NCBI GenBank assembly: GCA_002269645.1
Contig: NIVC01003289.1
Span: forward strand, 1 to 56,658
Source of the DNA: Macrostomum lignano
Lineage: Eukaryota
Direction: 5' to 3'
DNA length: 56,658 nucleotides
This document shows positions 47,440 to 56,658 of the stretch, piece after piece. Positions within the stretch are counted from its first letter, which is position 1. Each line of letters starts with the position of its first letter. The position numbers and the translations under genes were made by a program. The notes under the pieces were generated by a model that worked only from the letters and a program-made list of their open reading frames with translations, had not been told where the DNA came from and made no database searches.

Positions 47440-50400
47440 ATGTCTGGAGATTCAGAGTCCTTTCTGTTTCCTGAATCGCTCGTCCTGTGTGAGCTCCTCG
47501 TTCCGGCCGAAGTGGCCTTCGAGTGCCTGGTGGCCCTGGGAAACTTGGACGCACCCGTTCACATCGGCAGCGACGGCTCCCGCTCCACCCCGATAGTCGT
47601 GAGTTCGATCTCGGGGCCATCCAAGCACTGCCGAGACCTACTGATGACGCTGGGTTCCGTGCGGAGTCACCTGACCGCCTACGGGGAGTTCATCCGCTTG
47701 CACTGCGGCAGCGACTGGCGGCCGGACGAGTCTGAGATCGACTCGTTGGCTGCCACGCTGAAACCCAAGATGTTGTTCGACCTTGAGGTAGGAGGCAGCA
47801 TGTGTTTTGGTGCAAAGCTCCTGTTGTGCCTGACTTGGCCATTCTTGAAGTGCAGCGTTCGCAACTGATGCCAAAAGGGCGAACACCAAAGCGCATTAAA
47901 ATTGTCAGGAGCCTGCTTGAGTGCATTCATTCATGCATGTGTACTGCGCATTGCACTGCTCGGGAGTCGACGGGCAGAATTGTCTCTTTCTGTGTGATAA
48001 TATTTTACCTTGGTGCCCACGGCCACAGCCCCCATCTATGACTAGAACCATTACAACTAATTGACCCCTAGGCCAGCATCTGTAGCCTGCACAAAGACCT
48101 GACGGAGCTCGCCAAACTTGAGGCCGACATGAACTCAGAGTACGTCAACTGTGCACTTGGTGTGAACATTCTGGACTGTCTGGACAATGTACTGGGCTGT
48201 AAGTGGATACTAGACTTAAATGTGATGCTCTTGCTTGTGCCTTCAAATTTGTAAAGCTAACCATGATCGCAGACGAATTCGAGGGACGCGACCCCCAGGT
48301 CGGTACCGGCAATGGCGGACAAAGAGGCTGCTGGCATTCTTCTGCATGGAGGCAGCTCCACTGAGCTGGACACGAGTGCGGAATCCACTGACAGGACTCT
48401 GCGTGAGTGCCTGGCTGGAGCTGTGTAGCGTTGGGGGGGGGGGGACAATGCCGTAGAGGCCTGGCTGGAGCTGTGTAGCGTTGGGGGGGGGGGACAATGC
48501 CGTAGAGGCCTGGCTGGAGCTGTGTAGCGTTGGGGGGGGGACAATGCCGTAGAGGCCTGGCTGGAGCTGTGTAGCGTTGGGGGGGGCAATGCCATAGATC
48601 CGTGAGTGCCCGGCTGGAGCTGTGTGGGTGACGTGTGGTCTCTGTTGTGAGTGCCCGGCTGGAGCTGTGTGGGGTGGGCTAGTTACCATGCAGATACTAC
48701 AGGCCCTACGCCATTAAAATTTCAGATTCATAGTCGGCGTGGTGCCCACATCAAAGGCTCACTGTTTGCGCTGGGCGTGTGCGCCGATTCCATCTGACAG
48801 CTCTGTATACGGACATCCCGGTCAGGGATCAGCGAGACCTGGTCAGCATTTTGCTAATTGCTGGCTCATTCTGAGACATCATTAAGTTCCTATCTTATCT
48901 TTTCTTTGTGTTTGCCATCCTGTGTCACATACAAAGCAATACGCTTGTATTTTGCGAACACTCTCCGTCACCTCCACCCGATCTCAAGACTTTCCGCCTG
49001 ATCTCAACGGTTTTCACCCGATCTCAAGTGGTTTCCACCCGATTTCAATGGTCTCCACCCGATCTCAATGGTTTCCATCTTATTTCAAATGGTTTCCACC
49101 CGATCTCAATGGTCTCCACCCGATCTCAGTGGTTTTCCACCCGATCTCAGTGGTTTTCCACCCGATCTCAAATGGTTTCCACCCGATATCCATCTCTTCC
49201 ACCCCCAAACTCGCAGCGGGACGAGCCCGTGGAGCCACACAACGTGTTCCTCATCGTGTCCCTGTCGGAATCGCAGAGTCGCACGGCCGAACGTCTCTGC
49301 GGCATGCTGGGCGCACAGGTGTTTTCGGTGCCGATCAGCCAGGAGGACCGCCGAAACCACTTAATGGAAACAAAGGAGAGGCTAAGCGAGATGCGCCAGG
49401 TGTTCCTGGAGGGCGAGGAGCACCGGAAGCGACTGGCGCTGAATGGTTGGACGAAGTGGCGTCGCTGGTTCGCGCAGCTGACGGCCATGCAGGCGGTGCA
49501 CCGGGCGCTGGACGGCTTCAGCCGCGGCTACGGCAAGCAGTTCTACGTTGGCGAGGTCTGGTGCTCGCGCGAGGCCGTGGACTCGGTGCGGCAGGCACTG
49601 GCTGTGGGGTCCGCAGGGCCTCCGGCCTGCACGCCACCGTCCGCCTGGTGAGAACAGCCGGCGCAGGCCGCCGACACGGATGCCGCGGCACGAACTGACC
49701 GCCGCGGTGCGGGACCTCACCTACCAGTTTGGGGTGCCGGCCACTGGGAAATCGATCCTACGCCCTTCACCGCCGTCACCTTTCCCTTCCTGTTTGCCAT
49801 CATGTTCGCTGACTGGGGCCACGGCTTGCTGCTCATGCGCGCTGGCGCTGGCGCTGTTCCTGCGCCCGGACGCTTCCTCCACCCGGACGTGGCCCGCAGC
49901 CTGGCGCCGCTGCGGCGGGGCGCCACCTCCTTCTCATGTGCGCCGTTTTTGCGGTGTACTCGGCGCCGTCCTCAACGACGGCTTCGGGCTGACCGGCGGC
50001 TGGCGCCGACACTCACAGTTCTCCATGGGCAACCTCACCTATGGGACTTTCGTTAACCAGTGAGTGGGTGCGGGACTGTGCTGGCAACCTCACCTATGGG
50101 ACTTTCGTTAACAGTGAGTGGGTGCGGGACTGTGCTGGCAACCTCACCTATGGACTTTCGTTAACCAGTGAGTGGGTGCGGGACTGTGCTGGCAACCTCA
50201 CCTATGGGACTTTCGTTAACCAGTGAGTGGGTGCGGGACTGTGCTGGCAACCTCACCTATGGACTTTCGTTAACCAGTGAGTGGGTGCGGGACTGTGCTG
50301 GCAACCTCACTTATGAACGAGGAATCTTCCAGAGACTTTTTCGTTGACAGTGACGGACTATTAATATTTTCTTATTCGCACAACCTTATAGGTCGATATC

Positions 50401-53400
50401 ACAGCTGCAGCTCGCACCAAAGGAGGATGGTCACGTGATGAGCTGTGGTAACCGACAGCATGTGGGGCAGCGCGGCTAATCAGGTGAGATTTTGTGTATT
50501 TTAAATCCCGCCGTGTAAAAATTGCTAGATTTGGTTAGGGTGGCACAAGGGTAGCGCTCAGATAGTGCACTGATAAATTCCACGTTCATTTGGTGCTCAC
50601 GTACTGGTTTTCGCTGACGAGAGCCAAGGCACAAGGCGTAGCGGAAATCGCCTCTTCGCTGGCTGCAGGTCGACTGGATCGCCAGAAGTTTCTGCAAAAT
50701 TACAAAAAGATTCACAATTTAAAATCCAGAAATATGCAGGGCTGCCGCTACAAAATTATTATATATTCAGCACGTGACCCAACTGCAGGTGAAATTTCTC
50801 AACTCCGCGCGCATGAAGCTGAGCATCATTTTCGGCACCCTGCATTTGGGCCTCGGCCTCGCCCTCCAACTCGTCAACGACATCCGAGCTGGCCGGACCG
50901 CCCGCGTGTGGCTGTTCAGCTCCGCCAAGATGGCCTTCCACTGCCTGCTGACGGGCTACCCCGTGGCCCTCATCCTGCGCAAGTGGCTGGCCGTGCTGCC
51001 CGCGATGCCGCCTGCGCTCCCGCCCTGCTGCCCATGCTGATCGCCATGTACCGCCTGGAGTACACGGAGACACCTTGCTACCTGGCCACCTACTATTCCG
51101 GACAGGTGGGTGAGCTCTGCACTAATATTGGGGACGCTGATCCATAATGGTCTATTGGGGATGCTGATCCCATCATGGTCTGTTGGGGATGCTGATCCCA
51201 TCATGGTCTATTGGGGATGCTGGTCCCATCATGGTCTATTGAGGATGCTGATCCATCATGGTCTGTTGGGGATGCTGATCCCATCATGGTCTGTTGGGGA
51301 TGCTGATCCCATCATGGTCTGTTGGGATGCTGGTCCCATCATGGTCTGTTGGGGATGCTGGTCCCATCATGGTCTATTGGGGATGCTGATCCCACATGGT
51401 CTATTGGGGATGCTGGTCCATCATGGTCTGTTGGGATGCTGATCCCATCATGGTCTATTGAGGAATGCTGATTCCACATGGTCTATTGGGGATGCTGGTC
51501 CCATCATGGTCTGTTGGGATGCTGATCCCATCATGGTCTATTGAGGAATGCTGATTCCACATGGTCTATTGGGGATGCTGGTCCCATCATGGTCTGTTGG
51601 GGATGCTGATCCCATCATGGTCTATTGAGGAATGCTGATCCCACATGGTCTATTGGGGATGCTGGTCCCATCATGGTCTATTGGGGATGCTGGTCCCATC
51701 ATGGTCTATTGGGGATGCTGATCCCATCATGGTCTATTGGGGATGCTGGTCCCATCATGGTCCATGGGGGGGATGCTAGCCCCATCATGGTCTTTTGGGT
51801 ACACAGATCCCACGGTCACTCTAAGCGACCAGTCTGCATTCAGAAGCCACGAGCCCTCCCAACCAATGCCCGCCCGCCCGCAGCGCTACGTGGAGCACGC
51901 CATTGTAGCCGGCGTAGCGGCCAGCGCTCTGCTCGCCATCTTCGGGTTGCCGATCCACCATGCGCTGACCAGTAGAGGCAGTAGCAGCTCAAGGCGAAGG
52001 CGGAACAGAAACTGACGGCTGCAGCCACCGACGTCCCCGGAGACCGCGAAGAAGAGGAGATTGGCAGGGGCAAGTCTGACTCGGCGATGCCGCTGACGCC
52101 CCTGTCATCGTCCAGCAACTCCGGCAGTCGAGGAAAGTCGCTGCCGAAGCTCGAGCCGGAGCCGCTGGACTGTGCTCACGGGAGAAGCAGTTCGACCTGC
52201 TTGAGCACTGCCTGGCCTGCTTTGAGTTCTTGCTCAGCTCGCTGTCGCATTCGGCCTCCTACCTGCGACTGTGGGCCATCGGACTTGCGCACGGAGGTGA
52301 CGGCTGCCAGACTAACAGCTTTGGAATAAATAGAAGCAGGAAAGCTTCTGTTTCTATGCCATACTGTGCACTGGAGTTTGTGTTTATGCCATACTGTGCA
52401 TTGGAGTTTGTGTTTATGCCATACTGTGCACTGGAGTTTGTGTTTATGCCATGATGTGCACTGGAGTTTGTGTTTATGCCATACTGTGCACTGGAGTTTG
52501 TGTTTATGCCATGCTGTGCACTGGAGTTTGTGTTTATGCCATACTGTGCATTGGAGTTTGTGTTTATGCCATACTGTGCACTGGAGTTTGTGTTTATGCC
52601 ATGCTGTGCACTGGAGTTTGTGTTTATGCCATGATGTGCACTGGAGTTTGTGTTTATGCCATACTGTGCACTGGAGTTTGTGTTTATGCCATGCTGTGCA
52701 CTGGAGTTTGTGTTTATGCCATGATGTGCACTGGAGTTTGTGTTTGTGCCATGCCGTGCCCTGTGATTCCGCCTCAAGCACTTATCTCTCAAGTCCTCTT
52801 CACCCGCCGGCAGAGCTGACGGCGATCATGTGGCCGATGCTGCTGATGCCGCCCACCCGCCTGGCGGATCTGCTGGCTGCCAGTCCCACAGCCGCCCTGC
52901 TGCTGGGTGGCCTTACCCTGGCGGCCAGCTTCTGCCTGTGGGCCTGCATCACAGTGTGCATCCTGGTTGGCATGGAGGGCATGACGGCCCTGCTGCACTC
53001 GCTGCGGTTGCACTGGTGAGTCTGGTGGAGGGGCTTCTAGCGAGCTGCATTGCGTCTGACTTTCACTAAAGTCTTTGGGTTCGATTCCGCTCGCAGCACA
53101 TTCCCTTCATTCACGGAGAGTGTGTGCCTGCGTACGTAGCCGAGTGCCATTCCGTATAGGTGTGCGGCTAAAGTAATCTGCAGGAGTGTGACTGCAATTG
53201 GCTCCTCGCTGGCTGCGGGGTCGCCTTGCGGCAACGCCTGCAAAAGCCCCTGTGAGCGCCCGAAAGCCCCTGTGAGAGCTCCAAAGCCCGTGTGAGCGCC
53301 CTAAAGCCCATGTGAGAGCCCTAAATAAAGCCCATGTGACCGCCCTAAAGCTTATGTGAGAGCCCTAAAGGCCATGTGAGCCCCCAAAGCCCCTGTGAGA

Positions 53401-53843
53401 GCCCTAAAGCCCATCCATGTAAGCCCATCCATGTGAGCGCCCCATGCAAAGCCCTTGTGAGTGCCCTAAAGTCCATGTGAGCGCCCTAAAGCCCATGTGA
53501 GCGGTCAAAAGCCCCTGTGAGCGCCCAGAAGCCCCTGTGAGAGCCCTAATTAAAGCTCATGTGAGATGACCGCAAGCGACAGGGGAACCCAGCTCAGCCA
53601 AACTCAGCGGTCTGGCTGTAGTGTGTGGCTCAGTTTGGCTGAACTCTACAGAGAATAGGCTGCTCACTGCCTTGCACCCTGCCCTTCACAGGATTGAGTT
53701 CCAGTCAAGTTCTACTCGGGGGCGGCTACATGTTCCGACCTTTCTCCCTCAAAGCGGAGGTCAGGCAGGCCATGGACAGCTGCGCGGATTTCGCGGCTCT
53801 GGTGAGGAATTCCACTGAGCTACATGTACATCAGGAAGTCTAG
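47440..53843 (+). CDS. ATP6V0A-like: V-type proton ATPase V0 subunit a, divergent paralog (spliced)
   Basis: Ordered subunit-a motifs: [142 protein letters not shown]. Exons include 47440-~47787, ~49217-50059, 50392-~50481, 50789-51105, ~51840-52311, ~52812-53015 and ~53692-53843. Several 1-bp frame breaks. Confidence 0.9.
48410..48675. repeat. ~50-bp repeat with poly-G runs in a V-ATPase intron
   Basis: Repeated cctggctggagctgtgtagcgtt(g)n acaatgccgtagagg units. Confidence 0.85.
48972..49205. repeat. ~22-bp minisatellite (ccacccgatctcaatggtttt) upstream of a V-ATPase acceptor
   Basis: About 10 degenerate copies. Confidence 0.88.
50028..50315. repeat. 54/55-bp tandem repeat, 5 copies, spanning an exon end and its splice donor
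   Basis: Unit ggcaacctcacctatgggactttcgttaacca|gtgagtgggtgcgggactgtgct. Confidence 0.95.
51130..51790. repeat. ~28-bp minisatellite (ggggatgctgatcccatcatggtctgtt) in a V-ATPase intron
   Basis: About 23 degenerate copies. Confidence 0.93.
52355..52760. repeat. 30-bp minisatellite (tatgccatactgtgcactggagtttgtgtt) in a V-ATPase intron
   Basis: About 13 near-identical copies. Confidence 0.95.
53245..53570. repeat. ~21-bp degenerate minisatellite (aaagcccatgtgagcgccct) in the last V-ATPase intron
   Basis: About 15 degenerate copies. Confidence 0.85.
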
Positions 53844-55510
53844 CTGGACTACTGTACAAACTGTTTCGGATCGTTATTGTGAACGCATTGTTGAATTTAC
53901 TATGCCAGCATGCGATGCTGTAATACTCTAAAGTTTTACTACTTTAGCGATTACCTCCTGTCAAATTCTCACAAAACAACAAAATTTCCGTAGTGCTTCA
54001 ACTGGTCGCGATCATGGACCACTGATGCCACATTCATGTCGGAACTCTTCGAATTTATAAACAAACATTTTGAAGGCCATGTTACGGTTCGAAACGCGTT
54101 AGCAAGATTGTTTAGTTTTTAGCGCTCAATTGCAACTCGTCTGATCTTCCAACATGCAAGAAATTTGGCCTGTTCGCTTTGATCGGAGTCGCTTCACAAA
54201 TTGCTGATTTTAAGTTTTGAAAAGATACTGTAGGACACAGCAGAGGCTTTATCTAGACGTACTTAAACGGCTTTGCTCATACGATACATGGTCAGTCATC
54301 AGCATTAGAGATTCAAGCAGAGAGAAAGAGGGTTTCTGCTATGCCGACTGCAGATGCGGATAAACTGAAAAACTGCTACTGCTACAAAGGCCTTAAGTTG
54401 CAGCATTGTTTGCGACGCAATATGAGAGCATCCGGATCCTCGTTGTTCTTTAGAATTGCTGCATTTTCCAGGCTGCTACCTGCGCATATTTTTTCAAATA
54501 CACGATTTATCCGGGCTGATTTCGCCCGCAAACTCATGCACATCCATGTCCCGATATGACTCAAGACGGGGGCTTGCGAGACAAAAAAATTCATTAAAAA
54601 CGTTGGGAGTTTCTGCAATTGGGTGCATTTTGCAGAAAGCAGCCAAGTCAAAGAGCCTACATGTATTACGCAAAGACTTCAAAATCGACTGCAGCTTGAA
54701 ATTTCTCCATGGTATTTGAGGACTGTTCTCAGTGAGCAGGTATTTGATAAACGGTTTGCCACGCTCATTGCCGGTCCAATTGTGGGATTCGGCAGGTAAT
54801 CCGTCCCTCTGATAATCCGCTCTCATTAAGAGGCAGAGTTAACACAATATCCTTATTTTCTCACTGGGGCAGCGCGAGTCGGAGAGGGAGAATCGGCATT
54901 CTTTCAAATCGTAATTAATCAACATAGTTTATAATAACAAAAACAAAACAAAAAAATAATAATAAATAATACTAATAATGATAACCAACAACGCCCTCTC
55001 CGCAGTGTCAATAGCAATTCAGAGACAAACAGTGGCGGGCATTTCGCATCAAGCCGCACTCGATATGATGGCGCAGGCCCGCAAAGCAGATCAAACTGAC
55101 TATTTCAATGCAGACATTTCCAATTACGTGTATTTCAATAAAAACTCAAAAAGGCAAATGGTAAAAACCTGCGAGAGAAAAAAGCAAATTTCAAACACAA
55201 ACTGTGATTGCTGGCAATTAAGCCAAAAGCAAAGTCATCTAAAACTAAAATGAGATTCGATGACAAAGGTTCCAGTGAAATGATAAGATATTATACTATA
55301 TTAATCAGATATGATTGGCAGCAAAAAGCAAAAAGGTAAAACGGTGAACGAATGATGCCCAGAAATTTTTAAATCGAAAAAGAATTCGCGTGTGGACAAG
55401 CGTTAAAAAATGAGCTTCAAGTGAAATTGTGACTAGATAAGGTGGCTCAGGTAGCAGAGCATTGCAGTGACCGTCAGAATCAAGCAGAGCATACGCAGAT
55501 AATAAGCGAA

Positions 55511-55975
55511 TCACAGCGACAACAGGAGCGGCAAGAGGCCGCCAGACTCCAGAACCAGTAGCCTCCGCAACCTCCCAGCATTTGCCACCGCTGCTATAAT
55601 AGTAGGAGGCGTTGCGCAGTAGGCGGGGTTGGGCCGGCCGTAGCGGGGCGGCAGCCGCTCGTGTCGTAGCCGAGGCCCTCCAGCATTGGCGCCAGGCGGG
55701 GCGCGGCCAGGGCGAACTCTGGCGACAATGCCACGCGCCCAGCCGCCAGGCTGGCCAGGTACGCGGCTGGCGCACCTGATCGGAGCTGCGCTCGGTGTCT
55801 GAGAGCGCACCTGGCGTCCGACCTCCAGCCAGGGCGACAGCATCGCCGGCTCCGATGGCAGGCGAGGAATTCGGACACCCGGCCGACCCAGAGCGGCGGG
55901 TCCAAGACCAGGTCCTCGTAGCGGACCGCCAGACAGCGGGACCCAGCTCCTGACACTGCCGGTACATCACGACAC
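55511..55975 (-). CDS. TPST: Tyrosylprotein sulfotransferase, last coding exon (5' exons lie beyond the window; stop position uncertain)
   Basis: Acceptor AG at 55976-55977. Stitched frames read MYRQCQELG-SRCLAVRYEDLVLDP..LSDTERSSDQVRQP..LAPMLEGLGYDT..PRYGRPNP, matching the TPST1/2 C-terminus (CLPVYYEQLVLHP, ERSTDQVIKPV, IAPML..LGYDP..PNYG.PD). At least 3 frame breaks. Confidence 0.85.
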
Positions 55976-56034
55976 CTGAGGGTCAGAGAAAAATGTCAGA
56001 AACGTTTTGACAGCGCAATTTGCATTGTCGGCAA

Positions 56035-56658
56035 CTACTGACACAATTGACACGATCATACATTGCGAGCTAATACCCTACAGCCTACTGACACAATTGA
56101 CACGATCATACATTGCGAGCTAATACCCTACAGCTTACTGACACAATTGACACGATCATACATTGCGAGCCTAATACCCTACAGCTACTGACACAATTGA
56201 CACGATCATACATTGCGAGCTAATACCCTACAGCTACTGACACAATTGACACGATCATACATTGCGAGCTAATACCCTACAGCTACTGACACAATTGACA
56301 CGATCATACATTGCGAGCTAATACCCTACAGCTACTGACACAATTGACACGATCATACATTGCGAGCTAATACCCTACAGCTACTGACACAATTGACACG
56401 ATCATACATTGCGAGCTAATACCCTACAGCTACTGACACAATTGACACGATCATACATTGCGAGCTAATACCCTACAGCTACTGACACAATTGACACGAT
56501 CATACATTGCGAGCTAATACCCTACAGCTACTGACACAATTGACACGATCATACATTGCGAGCTAATACCCTACAGTACTGACACAATTGACACGATCAT
56601 ACATTGCGAGCTAATACCCTACAGCTACTGACACAATTGACACGATCATACATTGCGA
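56035..56658. repeat. 49-bp minisatellite (ctactgacacaattgacacgatcatacattgcgagctaataccctacag) in the TPST intron, running off the window end
   Basis: About 12.5 near-identical copies. Confidence 0.96.

Noticed and set aside
54340-54830. Overlapping 70-110-aa ORFs on both strands, including a VQLWDSAG motif reminiscent of a small-GTPase G3 box
   Set aside because: No P-loop or G4 motif, stops flank the motif, and there is no coherent splice model. It may be a decayed TE or gene fragment, but I cannot support a call.

Overview
Eukaryotic (invertebrate animal) genomic DNA with GC-rich exons, GT-AG introns and very abundant locus-private tandem repeats. This style resembles the flatworm Macrostomum lignano, but that is an inference from composition only. 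Six spliced genes are supported by family motifs recalled from memory, with no database search run: a SYT14/SYT16-type tandem C2 protein (+, 1.2-4.8 kb), SLC25A46 (-, 6.8-16.4 kb), RPB7/POLR2G (+, 17.6-28.8 kb, 12-nt first coding exon then a 10.5-kb intron), a fibrillar collagen with a COLFI domain (-, 38.9-46.4 kb), a divergent V-ATPase subunit a (+, 47.4-53.8 kb) and the last exon of a tyrosylprotein sulfotransferase (-, about 55.5-56.0 kb). Mobile DNA includes two tail-to-tail non-autonomous Helitrons, five TIR elements with 8-bp TSDs (some nested), two other MITEs, two Gypsy remnants, a solo LTR plus a truncated relative, and a LINE tail. About 20 minisatellite arrays are present, including one of 3.8 kb. 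Most coding exons have isolated frame breaks at short homopolymers, which look like long-read deletion errors rather than pseudogenisation. I found no CRISPR array, rRNA or intact tRNA gene, and no clear-cut new multi-gene system. The best leads are an in-frame TGA in SLC25A46 exon 1, a C2A domain split by an insertion of about 180 aa, an inverted Helitron pair in the RPB7 intron, an orientation-dependent loss of a MITE-borne splice motif, a steep 5'-to-3' GC3 gradient radiating from a bidirectional promoter, and a tandem array that multiplies a splice donor.
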